Shown: positions 12,301 through 25,475 of the stretch, piece by piece
Position numbering within the stretch: the stretch's first letter is position 1
Layout of the letters: each line of letters opens with the position of its first letter
From: Mytilus californianus
Taxonomy: Eukaryota
NCBI RefSeq assembly: GCF_021869535.1
Contig: NW_026262581.1
Location: 125,550,001-125,614,000 of the forward strand
Direction: 5' to 3'
Length of the DNA stretch: 64,000 bases
Translations under genes and position numbers: made by a program
The notes under the pieces: generated by a model
Databases searched by the model: none
Told to the model about the DNA's origin: nothing
Seen by the model: only the letters and a program-made list of their open reading frames with translations

Positions 12301-15242
12301 GATTGTCACTTTGTGGCAGGTTCAAATCCAAGTGGATCTTTTTTGTGCATAAGCATAAATTCCACCGAAAAAAATTCCACAGAAAGATAATAGATTGATC
12401 TTTCTAAAGCATTAATTTGCATCTCTGCCCCCGTTGACAGTTTTTTGGGAAACAATAAAAAAATGGGCAATAATTGCATCGAAAAGAGAAAGTCGAGTGC
12501 ACCTTTTTATGTTCGGGCGTGTTTGAGTTGACTATTGTCTTGGAAACCTATAAAGCAAATATATTTGATACATCATCTCGCCTCAGATTCTATTATTTTA
12601 TATATTTAGGCTACAGGTTGATTTAATAACATTAAAAATTCACAGGACTAAAGAATGAAATATATGGATCAAGTGAAATACTTTTCTAATGAGTCATAAC
12701 AACAGAGTAGGTGAGTACGAATAACAAATTTTTACTAAAAGTACTTGACGACAGACTTTACAACTGGATCTTAAAAATGCATAACTTAAAAAAACTTCAT
12801 TGTTTGTGTGTATTATCTAGGGTTATTAGTCTTCAACCTCTGAAATTTTTAGTCTGCCCTTCCACGAAATATTTAATTAGATTTTTTTAAAATGTTTTTG
12901 AACTTTCGAAAATTCCACCTGACAACCGATCAGACAATAGTTTTTAAGTTGACTGAATGCAGAAAAGTACATTAAATGATGTTCAATAGCTAGTAGATAC
13001 ATTTGTCTTTTAAAATGCAACTGGCATATAAGGATCGTAATGGTGCTATGTGGATAAATTAGTCGGTTTTCAAGAGCTAAATTGGCCGCGCGTCATCCCT
13101 ACAATGGCTTCCATTTTTACGATTGTAAAAATTAACTGGCGTAATGGGGAGATAATTTTAACGAAGTAGAATCCTGACTGGTTTAACTCCAAGTGGCTTA
13201 ACATCATTTTCACACTCTATTCTATTTCCTCTAAAGGTAAAGACAATATCATGATTAAAAGAGTTTCTACTAATTGCCAAGGCTTGAAATTAATCAGGAT
13301 TAGCTTTCATTGAATTGTAATAAAACCAGTCAAGCATTTTGACAGTTTGAGACGAGACTATCACTTAACATTTTGTATATCAATTTTGGCCTACTACTAC
13401 TAGATAAGGTTCTTTTGACGTCTATGACATCTTTATCGTACATAAACTTATTTTCCAAAAAGCTGGAAAAACAAAGGTTTATACCAACTTACTGTAAACA
13501 AGACTTGTTTTCACGAAAAAGTATAACACACCAATTATGTATAAATAATAGTCAACATTTTTGTTTCGTCCTAAATGTCACGTGCTCGTTGTGTTTGATT
13601 ACTCCCTGTATCACGTGTATGTTTGAAGGCGGGGGCTGTTCTTTCAGAAATTTGGTAACGTCTCTCAGATAAAGATGTATTTGCCATTAGGGATATTTGC
13701 TTGTTTATTTTTGACAGGTCTGTAAAGCTTTATTATTTATTTATTTATTATCTTTATCAAATATCAAAAAACTAATGCATAAAATGCCACTAATTGTTTC
13801 ACAAACAGACCACCATAGTAGTTATAAAACTGACAAATGTCTTGAAAATGTGTCTAGTCCAGTAGACCTATATTTGTATGGATTTGTCACTGTTTATAAA
13901 TTTTTTAGACAAAGAAATTTACTATTATCAAAAATAAGCAAACCATTACAGATATCATAATTTCCAAAAATCATCATAACAAATGAGCAAAATGAAAAAT
14001 TGTTGTTTACACCTCAAAATTTACTTCGAGTACAAACAAACCTGTGAAGGTTGGAAAAGTTTTAAAGCCTAGCATTCATTCGATATATAGAAGTTAAATG
14101 CATTGTGCGTTTCAGAGAGATATATTTTGTTTTTAAGATTCATCATTACTATTTGACAAAGATGGATGCTTTTATACCACAGAATTCTCTCTGAATACAG
14201 ACAACTTTACAACTGCTGAAAGTGTAAAGCCGGGCAGCATCTAGATGTAAAAAAGTTTAAGAAATTAATTTCTGGATTAGATGAGCATTTTCTCCCCTTG
14301 CCATAGTAGAAGTAAAAATTCAAAAACCCGAGTTTTTTTTTTTTATACAATCCACTCAGCTATACTATTTAAATCACTAATAGTTGTGCAGATATATAAA
14401 CTACTGTCCTCTATTGTGTATGTTACCTGCAGGGGACATCTCAAAGATTTTACCCAACTAAGTTTTATATTTATACCATCTGTGGCAAGGAAAGAAAATT
14501 TTCATTCAAATCAAAATACATTTCTTTTTTCTAAAGGAAATAAAAAACCACAGAAAATTTGCCAAAAGTAAAAACTCAGTAAATCTATTTGGACGCACGT
14601 ATACTTGTAGACTGGATCCCCACCCCCCCCCCTTTAAGGAGAATATATCTTCATTCAATTAGCAGAAAATGTTATAAAGGTAACGAATTGACAAAAATAT
14701 AAAAACTAGTTTCTGTAATTAAAGGCATTAAAAAGTTATTGTACCGTCTTCAACAGTAAAGACAAATTTGAACCTTATGGCACAAGATACATTATGTTTC
14801 TTCACATTAAAGGGGCATTAGCTACGATTTAGATATAAAATTAAATTATGATTTTTTTGTTGTTGTTTCAAACGTTTTTTAGAGAGGATATTAAAATAAT
14901 ATTTCTCGATTTGTAATCAGTTTGGTTCAATTTTGTCAAACCAATAATACATCAGCGATTCTTTTGAGCTTATTATGACAAAATTGAAACAAAGCGACTT
15001 AAATATTATTTCAATTTTCCACTTTTATAAGTATTTGAAACAAAAATGATATTTTGATTTTTGTCTCGCCTTGACGGAGTCAAAAAGCGAGACATATGTA
15101 TGCTGTTTCAGGAGTTGTCGGCGTCAATAATGTATTAGTTTGTGATTAGGTCAGTTTTTCGGGAGCCACCAGTGGTAGGTCAATGATATTTGATATGCAG
15201 TTGTATTAGCATTGGCACATCTCATTTCCATGGAGATTATTT

Positions 15243-17758
15243 GAAGTATGTCCAGTGCACGATGTTTTGTCGATATTGTCAACATCGCAATGTCTACTTA
15301 ATCGTGTCATTATTGTGTTTACATTGTATCCTATCTATATATATATATATATATGTTGTGTACCTTTGTGTTTACATCGTTCACATCGTATACATCGTGA
15401 TGTTGACAATATCGTTTCAACATCGTGTTTATGTTGTATATAGAGTCTATACCTTTCTGTTTACATCGTTCACATTGTATACATCGTGATGTTGACAATA
15501 TCGTGTCAACATCGTGTTTATGTTGTATATAGAGTCTATACCTTTCTGTTTATATCGTTCACATCGTATACATCGTAAAGTTGACAATATCGTGTTTACA
15601 TCGTTCACATCGTATTAACGTTGTGTAACAAGTCTATACCTTTGTGTTTACATCGTTCACATCGTATACATCGCAATGTTAACAATATCGTGTAAACATC
15701 GTGTTAATGTTGTATATAGAGTCTATACCTTTTTGTTTACATCGTTTACATCGTATACATCGTGATATTAACAATATCGTGTCAACATCGTGTTTATGTT
15801 GTATATAGAGTCTATACCGTTTTGTTTACATCGTTCACATCGTATACATCGCAATGTTAACAATATCGTGTCAACATCGTGTTTATGTTGTATATAGAGT
15901 CTATACCTTTCTGTTTACATCGTTCACATCGTATACATCGTGATATTAACAATATCGTGTCAACATCGTGTTTATATTGTATATGATGTATATACCTTTC
16001 GGTTTACATCGTTCACATCGTATACATCGTGATATTAACAATATCGTGTCAACATCGTGTTTATGTTGTATAAAAGTATATACCTTTCGGTTTACATCGT
16101 TCACATCGTATACATCGTTATATTAACAATATCGTGTCAACATCGTGTTTATGTTGTATATAAAGTATATACCTTTTGGTTTACATCGTTCACATCGTAT
16201 ACATCGTGATATTAACAATATCGTGTCAACATCGTGTTTATGTTGTATATAAAGTATATACCTTTCGGTTTACATCGTTCACATCGTATACATCGTGATA
16301 TTAACAATATCGTGTCAACATCGTGTTTATGTTGTATATAAAGTATATACCTTTCGGTTTACATCGTTCACAACGTATACATCGTGATATAAACAATATC
16401 GTGTCAACATCGTGTTTATGTTGTATATAAAGTATATACCTGTCGGTTTACATCGTTCACATCGTATACATCGTGATATTAACAATATCATGTCAACATC
16501 GTGTTTATTCTTGTATATAAAGTATATACCTTTCGGTTTACATCGTTCACAACGTATAAACCCTAAGCCGGGAATGTCACATTATATACCATGTCTGAAA
16601 CATGAATTACACATATATTACTGATTATCCCTGTCCCTTTTTTTTCCAATACCAGGTATTTGTTAAACATTCACCACGCAGTATATATATTCAGTACATG
16701 CTTATTATTTCTTGATATTTTGTGAAATTCTGTAAATACAAGTTTTCCATTTTTTTCAAATATTTTTCTTTTTCTTTTTCTTTATTAATATTTTTCAATA
16801 AAGTTTTTAGATTTCATGTATACCGTTTGTATTTTTTTTTAACAACAATCAATACTGAAAAACCAACTTGATATTTTCCGCATATGTGAAGGATTTTATA
16901 ATTTGCTGTGAAAATAATCCTATCATATATGCAATAATTAGTAATAGCACTTTAAGAAATTACTTAAGTATTGAATTTGTAAATAGCGTGGTTATAAATT
17001 AAAAACATATTATTGACGAATACACGTCATTATTTTTCCCTTTGAGAGCCTCTTACATTCTTTAAGTGTATTGTATAGCTTAAAACTACGTCACATAGTA
17101 ACGTTTGCTATGATGACGTTGTTGATGTTCCAATTGAGATAAAAAATGTAGTATATCCGGCAGTTTTCTGAATATATACTGACATCTCCGTGTTGTTATC
17201 CAATTACAAAAATTGTAATATATCGATGTAAACGATGTAAACATTTTATTACATTTCAAACATTAAAAATAATATTGACACCATATCGTGCATACCACAA
17301 TGCAAACGATGTAAACACGATATTGATAATGCTTTGTATATATCGTAATGTTAACGATGTCAACGATGTAAACAGTATATAAGAGTTGTTACAGTGTAAA
17401 CGATGTTGACAATATATCTTGTTAACATTGTTAATATCGCAATGTTAACGATGTAAACACTACATCGTTACTACATCGTATACATCGATGTATACGATGT
17501 AAACGATGTAAACAGTATACAACAGTTGTTACAATGTAAACGATGTTGACACAATATAGTGTTAACATTGTTGATATCGCGATGTAAACGATGTAAACAC
17601 GATATCTTTACAACATTGTATATTTCGCAATGTTAACGATGTCAACGAATATATAAGAGTTCATACAATGTAAACGATGTTGACACGATATCGTGTTAAC
17701 ATTGTAAATATCGCGATGTCGACAATATTGTTTTAACATTGTGCACTGGACATGGATG
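15243..17758. mobile_element. Foldback-type element with satellite-like inverted arms and 8-bp TSD
   Basis: Direct repeat GATTATTT at 15235-15242 and 17759-17766. Subterminal inverted ATGTCCAGTGCAC / GTGCACTGGACAT. The left arm is CATCG-rich, the right arm CGATG-rich, with an AT-rich centre at about 16560-17090. Confidence 0.7.
15361..16556. repeat. 89-bp satellite array, about 13 copies
   Basis: Unit anchors at 16003, 16091, 16180, 16269 and 16358 (period 88-89 bp). Confidence 0.92.
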
Positions 17759-18554
17759 GATTATTTGGCCCTGCCCCCTCAGTCGTGGTCTATTGACTTT
17801 GAAACTTTTGCATAGTTTACATGTATTTGTTTGTGATGAGGTCAGTTTATAGGGAACCACTAGTGGTAGGTCAGGGATATTTGGTATGCAGTTGTATTAA
17901 CATTGGCACATCTCATTTCCATGGAGATTATTTGGCACCGCCCCTCATTCATTGTCTATTCACTTTGTAACTTTTACATAGTTTACATGTACAAGTTTGT
18001 GATTAGTAGATATAAGAAGATGTGGTATGAGTGCCAATGAGACAACTCTCCATCCAAGTCAAAATTTATAAAATTAAACCATTATAGGTCAAAGTACGGT
18101 CTTCAACACGGAGCTTTAATAGGTCAGTTTATGGTTAACTACTAGTGGTAGGTCAATGATATTTGGTATGCACTTCTATAAGCATTGGCACATTACATTT
18201 CCATGGTGATAATTTAGCCCCTCTCCCTCAGTCGTGGTCTATTGACTTTGAAACTTTTGCTTTGTTTACATGTGTAAGTTTGTGATAAGGTCAGTTTAAA
18301 GGGAACCACTAGTGATAGGTAAATAATATTTGGTATGCATATGTATTAGCATTGGCACATCTCACTTCCATGGATATTGTTTGGCCTTGTACCTTCAGTC
18401 AAGGTTCATTGACTTTGAATATTTTGCATAGTATTGCTTTTTTAATTTCAACATTTGCATTTTACTATCAAAATAACAAAAAGGCGAGATATATCTCTGT
18501 TCACAGTTTTATTTTGTCTAAATCGTACTTAATGCCCCTTTAAATAATTTGACA

Positions 18555-18872
18555 ATTATGTCCGAGATGACTCGGATTACAAACATGTGCGACCGGAAAA
18601 GTTTAAATATGTTGGGGTCAACGCGTCAATTGGAGATTAGTTCCAAAAAAGATGAGTAACCATCCCTCGCTTAAAGTGAGTGTCACGATCTCTGCAAGTT
18701 AAAGAACCCTTGTAAGGATTTTCTTTGGGATTCATAGGTGGTCTTTCCATCATACTATTTAACCTGAACCCAGTTTTGCATAACCTAACTATTGTATTCA
18801 CTTGTTCTCGTTCCGAATATGCATGAAATAGTTTCTACTGGACGTGAAACAAAAAAAAATAACAATCAATCA
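18555..18872 (+). mobile_element. SINE-like element, family B, with (CAAT)n tail
   Basis: Ends TTCTCGTTCCGAATATGCATGAAATA...ACTGGACGTGAAAC...CAATCAATCAAT. The same tail occurs at about 19955-20020 (+), 8760-8830 (-) and 28650-28730. 5' boundary approximate. Confidence 0.55.
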
Positions 18873-18940
18873 ATAAAAATTATCACCAAGAAAGCAAAAT
18901 ATTTGGGTCAAGTGAAATACGAAAGACTTCTTGTGGATCT

Positions 18941-18989
18941 AGAAAAAAACTGTATGTTTTGTATTTTATCCTTTGCTGGACTGTCGCTG
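18941..18989 (+). CDS. Candidate signal-peptide segment of gene A (start codon not found)
   Basis: Reads RKKLYVLYFILCWTVA then phase-1 G|GTACCC (weak donor). Joined to 19189 it gives ...WTVAAFA-HTDEK, a typical signal-peptide layout. There is no in-frame ATG nearby. Confidence 0.35.
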
Positions 18990-19188
18990 GTACCCTAGTA
19001 AATAGGATGCTCACGGAAACGTCATTTGATGTTATCTAAAAACAATAAAAGAAAAATGCATTCATGGATGTTGCATTTCCCTGTGACATATTTTATGTCA
19101 TCTTATGAAACATGTACTTCAACTGTATGATTCACAAGTAAATGAACGTGACTATTCAGTGTTTAACATCATTTTTTCTTTTGAACAG

Positions 19189-19818
19189 CATTTGCCCATA
19201 CTGATGAAAAGCTTAATAGCTTGCTGAAACGTTTAGAATCGGCTCTCCAGAAACGCAACCCGTTTCCCTCGGAACGACGTCAACAAAAACAGATAGAGAC
19301 GACTGCTGAGGTACCAGAAGGACAAAACTTCAGAGAAAACACCTTTTATCTTAGACACAATAAACCAATCAAGGATTACCTTAATCGCAGAAATCCTGAT
19401 AGTAGACATGTAGCACCCGCGGAAAACCTTCATCGCCGACATCCTGATAATAGACATAGTATACCACCCGCTGAATACCTTCACAGCCGACATCCTGATA
19501 CTAGACATGATATACCACCCTCTGAATACCTTCACCGCCGACATCCTGTTAATCAGTATGACACGGAAGTTAAACGCCAAGGTCCATACCGCCGTATTTC
19601 TTATTCAGAAGAATATCTCGACGAACGACATGGACCGAATCGCAACCAAAATTACGATGAGGTAGATGCACGTCAAGAAAAAGTGGGTTCGAACAAAAGT
19701 GATGAAGTGGATGCATTGGATAAGGATTACATGAAATATGAAGAATTTAGATGTCCGACATTAAAAAATGTTTTGATTGACTTATTTCAGGGTTTTCCAC
19801 AGATTACTGACATGTCAT
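19189..19818 (+). CDS. Gene A exon (uncharacterised protein, His/Arg/Pro repeats)
   Basis: Acceptor TTTTTCTTTTGAACAG, donor T|GTAAGT, open frame of 630 nt, phase 1 to phase 1. Confidence 0.85.
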
Positions 19819-21119
19819 GTAAGTCGTCAAGTTTTACCCCTGTGGCAAATTTAACTTGAATTCCTAAATTATGAGTTACTTAAACAAAAACATCGTAAAT
19901 TTAAATACGTTTTTTGTAGTTACTTTCTTGCGCGACAAACTAGACAGTTTTATCTATCGTCCTGAATATGCATGAACAATTTGCCACTGGGCGTTAAGCA
20001 GCCAACAATCAATCAATCATAGACAGTTTTATCAAAATACTCGAAAGCGGCAAAAAGAGAAGGTATGATGAGGCCACTTTTTTACCCTTGAATTCAAAAA
20101 ATCAAAAGTATAAATCTACAAAAACAAAAAAAGCACCAATCAGATTTTCATTAGACATGAGTCTGTCAGACATCATTATTCATATTTTTTGATTTTTTGT
20201 CTGCATATTTGCATTAGGGCTTCAAAATTCTTGGACTTGGGCGGCAAAACTGCATAAACTGCAATATATAAAATTGAGAATTATAGCCTTTATGATCCTT
20301 TAGTTTGACATATTGTTACCGATATTTAAACATAAGCAACAGCTTTACCCAAAATGGTTAATAAATGGTTAAAATATGTCAAATTCAATATGATTATGAC
20401 ATCACAAGTGACCTTTCTGTGCCAAAATGTCATGATTATATCAACCAGTTCATTTATCAATAAAATTAAGATAAATTTAAAAGGTCTGACTAATTTCATT
20501 TTTTTTTGCAATTTCGCGGTCCAAATATAAAGAACTCCTTTCATACCTCCTCCTTTGCCATTTTATAGAAGATCCCCATTAACAAATGTTTCCAGCTCTG
20601 AGCGTAAACGATGATGTTAAACCCAGAAGCGTGCAGCAAACGTAACAAAATCGACTTTCTCTTACCACTATTTGGTTAATATTAATTCTGATGAACTCGG
20701 AAGGGAACATCCGTCCTAAATTGGATAAATTCTCTGATTAGGGCTTTTTTAAAACGTAGGTTCCAACTGTAAGGTTAAATTGACTTTATTTGATTTTTTT
20801 TATTCTTTTTTTTTTTTGGGACACTTTTCGTTATAAATCTCATCTCGTACTTATAATGCCTGTCTCGACGTCCAATTTGCCGAGTTTGGAAATGAATACA
20901 AATTATTTCTGGCTAAGTTAAATTGATCCAAACATTTCTGAAACAAACAAACGTTACTAAATTGAAATCACAGTATCTAGAGCTTGTATCGACTTTTTAA
21001 TAGAAATGTTTTTTTTCCGGTCTGTTGTAAGAATTTTGAGCATAAAGTACAGAGTTATTTTACTAAAAAAACTAATTTAGTTTTTCTACTCCCAGGCATA
21101 GATGGCTCTAGCACATTAA

Positions 21120-21393
21120 GGTGGTACCTAACACTACAGGGAGATAACTCTGTAAAAATCAACTAAACGTTTTAATCACGTTGTATTGTTAAGGAAATAT
21201 TAAGCTTCTCAATGATCAAAATTAGTGTTTGTCAAACTGCTATATAACCAGTGAAATTTTTCTGATAAAGTGATTGGTTCAAATTATTTGATTTTTTTTT
21301 ATTTTTGTCAAAGGGTCAAAGTAAACATTTTGTCAAAATTTTAGGAAAATTAAACGAGCCAAATTAATATTAGTCATGGTGTTGGGTACCACC
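21120..21393. mobile_element. Kolobok-like MITE, 274 bp
   Basis: TTAA|GGTGGTACC ... GGTACCACC|TTAA, with TSDs at 21116-21119 and 21394-21397. Confidence 0.85.
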
Positions 21394-21477
21394 TTAAGCA
21401 CAACGTTATGAAAATGTTGGTTATCAGTGTCCTTCAACTTCGTAATTAATTTGGTTTTGGTTTTCTTTCTTGATTCG

Positions 21478-21520
21478 TGCACCGCTGATGAGTGTTATGT
21501 AGACGGAATAAGCGCCTGAA
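21478..21520 (+). ncRNA. Heavily degenerate hammerhead-like motif
   Basis: gtgcaccg-CTGATGA-gtgt(tatgt)agac-GGAA-taagcgcc, in the same repeat context as 9231 and 56350. Confidence 0.4.
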
Positions 21521-21677
21521 TCCTCTATCTATTAATGATGGTAGGCTTCAAGGATTAAGCCCCTTTCCGCCTTAAAGTGAAAAATTAAAGCATTTTTGTC
21601 TTGTAAACCCAAATTCTCTGTTTATTTAAATCTAAAACTGCAATTATAATACACAGACAAATCTTGATCGCGACACA

Positions 21678-23346
21678 AAACAAGAGGCGCATAAGAGCCT
21701 GATATCGCTCACCTGTAATTTCATGATTTCAGTTTCAGGCATTGGACTTATTTGAAGATCTTACTGTAAAACTGTAAAATTTCATAAAAATTAACTATTT
21801 CTGGACAGTAACCCAACAATAAGTTGTCCTATTGGTCTGATTAGAAGATTACTTGACAGGTAGACCTAAACCTGTTTATCATTTTCACCTATGTCAGTTT
21901 TGCTCTTACTGCTTTAGTTTTTGAGATGAAAGCCAAAAACTTCATTTGACCCCTATGTTCTATTTTTAGAAACTGCCGCCATGTTTTTGAATGGATCAAA
22001 TCCCCAAATACAATATATAAACTAGATACCCATAGGAACATTCAATTATAGTTTTTATAGTTTTTTAGTATTTGGCCAAGTAGTTTTAGAGAAGAAGATT
22101 TTTGAAAAAGTAATTAGACTTTCACAAAAAATGTTAAAAAAAAACGTTTTAAGGGCAATTAACTCCTTAAGGGGTCATTTTAGCTATGGCCGCCATGTTT
22201 GTTGAATGATCAAAACTTCGGATACAGTTTACAAACTAGATACCATAAGGAACATTCAGTTAAAGTTTGGAAGTATTTGGCCCAGTAGTTTAAAAGAAGA
22301 AGATTTTTGAAAAAGTAAAAGACTTGCACGAAAAAATGTAACGAATAAACGTTTCAAGGGCAATATCTCCTTAAGGAGTCAATTGACTATTTTGATCATT
22401 TGACTTATTTTTAGATCCTACTTAGCTGAACATTTTTGCCATTTACACTTTCTCTCCATCTATTATAATATTAAAGATAATAACATAAAACAGTAAAATT
22501 TCATAAAAATAAACTATTTAGGACAGTAACCCTACAATGGGTGGTCCAATTGGTCTGAAAATTTCATAGCAGATAGATTTTGACTTATTCATCACTTTCA
22601 TTTTTGCTCTAACTGCTATAGTTTTTGAGATAAAAGCCAAAAACTGCATTTGACCCCTATATTCTATTTTTAGCCATGGCGGCCATGTTTGTTAATGGAT
22701 CAAAACTTCGGATACAATTATAAACCAGTTACCCTAAGGAACATTCAGTTAAAGTTTAGAAGTATTAGGCCCAGTAGTTTCAGAGAAGAAGATTTTTAAA
22801 TGTTAGCAAACATGATGAACAAACTGTAAAATTGTCTTTAAAAGGCAATAACTCCTTAAGGGGTCAATTGACAATTTTGGTCATATTAACTTTTTTGTTG
22901 AACATTTTTTCTGTTTACAGTTATTTTTATCTTCAGTAATATTCAAGATAATAACAAAAAAGTGCAAAATTTCCTTAAAATTACCAATTTAGTGGCGGCA
23001 ACCCAACAATGGGTTGTTCGGTTCGTCTGAAAATTTCAGGGCTGATAGATCTTGACCTATTGAACATTTTTAACCCTGTCAGATTTGCTCTAAATGCTTT
23101 AGTTTTTGAGATATAAGCCAAAAACTGCATTTGACCCCTATGTTCTATTTTTAGCCATGGCGGCCATGTTTGTTGATGGATCAAAACTTCGGATACAATT
23201 TATAAACTAGATACCCTAAGGAACATTCAGTTAAAGTTTGAAAGTATTTGGCCCAGTAGTTTCAGAGGAGAAGATTCTTGAAATAGTTTACGACGAAGAC
23301 GGACGCCAAGTGATGGCATAAGCTCACTCACATAGGTGAGCTAAAA
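21678..23346 (-). mobile_element. Non-autonomous Helentron (HINE) with about 480-bp internal tandem units
   Basis: On the minus strand it begins TTTTAGCTCACCT and ends CAGGTGAGCGATATCAGGCTCTTATGCGCCTCTTGTT. The subTIR CTCACCT is present at both ends and internal units repeat. Confidence 0.85.
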
Positions 23347-23780
23347 CTCCCAACTCTTTCATATTCTAATGCCCTTGTGCACGTCTTTATCATTCATAAT
23401 CCTTCTATGTTGATTTATTATAGTCAATAAACACCGAACTTTACATTTTAAAATCTTCCCGTCCAAATAAAGTTATTCACACGATTAATATTGAGAGATT
23501 GCAACATTAAGGAACTTAAAAAACATTTGTCGTGTGTTCAGTTTATAGATAAAATGCCTTCTTTTTCAAGTATTAAAGTAAAAGTAAATGTAATACATCG
23601 GTCCAAACACTATTCAAGTTATTAATCTATCAGCTCTAAAAACTTATTCGTAGATTCATATATTCTATGTAAAATGACAACCAATTTAATTGGAATTCCA
23701 GTACTTACATTATATTCTATGCATAGTTTAGGATAAAATGATAATCACGAAAGCATACTATTTCTAAAACAATGTTTTAG

Positions 23781-23957
23781 GGAACATGTCTGTGAATATG
23801 TCTGCATTCAGACCAATTGCAGGTCGAGCAATAAGAACATACAAAGTTTCGGGTAATGGACGTTTAGCCTTTTTGCAGTTAACACAGAATTTGGCGAATT
23901 ATGTAATTACCAAACGGATGGTTTGCCCAGCAACAAAATTTCAACAGCTTACAACAT
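23781..23957 (+). CDS. Gene A exon
   Basis: Acceptor ATGTTTTAG (in-frame alternative TTGCAG gives a start at 23823), donor T|GTAAGT. Reads WNMSVNMSAFRPIAGRAIRTYKVSGNG...QLTT, phase 1 to phase 1. Confidence 0.75.
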
Positions 23958-24176
23958 GTAAGTAGCAATTATTTTATTACTGAATGCAATTTTAGTTATA
24001 TATTTGTGTCGATCATGCAAGAATTTCTATGATATTTAATTCAGAAAGGCTTTAGTGTACACATGTACAATAAATGATAAGAACGATTTTCATGTGACTT
24101 GTACCCTTGTTTGTTGTTGTTGTCGTATTTCATAAATGTTATCATATCCTTTGTAATAAGATTTATTATATTTCAG

Positions 24177-24371
24177 ATTTAATGAAGTTAGGTTTAGAAG
24201 ACGCCTTCCGTAATAGTAGTGATTCTCTGTTTAATCGTCTCTCTGAAACGTTTAAGTTTTGGGAAAAGCAAATTCCATATAATGAACAGTTCATCCGAAG
24301 TTCTATTGATTCTGTGCACAGCGAGATATATGGTGAGATAGTTCCGAAAATACAGGTTCGCGAGTTTCCAT
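24177..24371 (+). CDS. Gene A exon
   Basis: Acceptor TATATTTCAG, donor T|GTAAGT. Reads YLMKLGLEDAFRNSS...VREFP, phase 1 to phase 1. Confidence 0.85.
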
Positions 24372-25115
24372 GTAAGTAAATAAAACACGGCCCACAAAGC
24401 TATAAAATAGCTATAATATGGTTCACATTTATATTTCATTAACATGTTTTCGTTTTGATATGCCTGTGATATTTGCGACTAAACGTTAAACACAATTAAA
24501 TCAACATCATCGTCATGTATCCTTAACTGCATAAGCAAGTATATATAGTACTAATTGTATGCTCTATTTGAAAAGAAGAAACACAAATAAGGCATGTCTT
24601 CAAATGATACAGACATCTTGAAGCCTCTAGTTTTATTCTCTTGTATAATTAATACCATATAAATTTCAGAGCGCATGACACGTGTTTCTAGAAATAACAA
24701 CATGCTCTACTCCAGTGCAGGTTTATAGATTTGTATTTGCATTTATTAAGAATTAAAGTTGAGTAAATGTAAATGATTTTCTTTTAGCTTTCTTGATATA
24801 TATATATATCAATGCAAAGTATAATAACATAAATTACAAACCAAAATAGAAAATATGATAGAAACATTTAAATTCAAACAAATTTGAAAATGGACGTAAT
24901 ATCAATAATATCAGATTAAGTGATCATAATTTAAAGAACCTATTGATCGAAAAAGAAAGACCCCTAAAAATTTCGAAAAAAAAACCCGATTAGGCCTATC
25001 CTTCAATACAATTGAAGATGAGTAACATTTTCTTTTATATTGCAAGAAAAACTCAACCATTAACCTAGCTTTAAATTTGACAACTAAACAAGGAAAGTTC
25101 TAAAGAAGACTTTAA

Positions 25116-25475
25116 AGGGGCATTAACTGCCAAATTCATGTTCAACGATTTGACTCCAATTCTCATATTTGATTTAGAACATACTAAAACGTATATACAA
25201 ATTACAAAAAGTCATATATATATATATATATAAACATTTAACAATGCATGAACTATAATATATGTATCAGCATTTCGTGTGTATTTTAAGTCTAGACGCC
25301 ATCTAAACACCTTGGAAGACTGCCGACGGTCATATAACCCGATACAAACATATATATAAATACAATTAGATAGGGAGCACTTGCAATTAGATTTTTCTAA
25401 GTCTGTCAGTCAACAAAATGGTTACCCTTGTTTCACTTTAAATGTTGACATTCTTTCCTTTTAATAGCTAAACAC
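25116..25475. mobile_element. Partial copy of the Kolobok-like MITE, inverted relative to 26458-27433
   Basis: TTAA|AGGGGCATTAACTGCCAAATTCATG... aligns by eye with the reverse complement of about 27000-27433. Confidence 0.7.

Larger units (their letters stand above)
15058..18517 (+). mobile_element. Non-autonomous Helentron (HINE) with internal tandem repeats, interrupted by a foldback element and a SINE fragment
   Basis: 5' TTTTTGTCTCGCC subTIR and 3' AGGCGAGA subTIR (18482-18489), then CACAGTTTTATTTTGT. Repeated internal unit ...GGAACCACTAGTGGTAGGTCAATGATATTTGG.... Confidence 0.7.
14811..18539. mobile_element. Kolobok-like TIR pair with TTAA TSD enclosing nested elements
   Basis: TTAA|AGGGGCATTAGCTACGATTTAGA ... 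TCTAAATCGTACTTAATGCCCCT|TTAA. TTAA TSD with RR..YY termini fits Kolobok rather than piggyBac (CCY). Confidence 0.55.

Noticed and set aside
15190-16624. ORFs across the 89-bp satellite
   Set aside because: The unit length is not a multiple of 3, and the peptides are low-complexity with no coding signal.
19233-19580. Minus-strand ORF with MSAxKVF repeats
   Set aside because: Antisense shadow of the gene A repeat exon.
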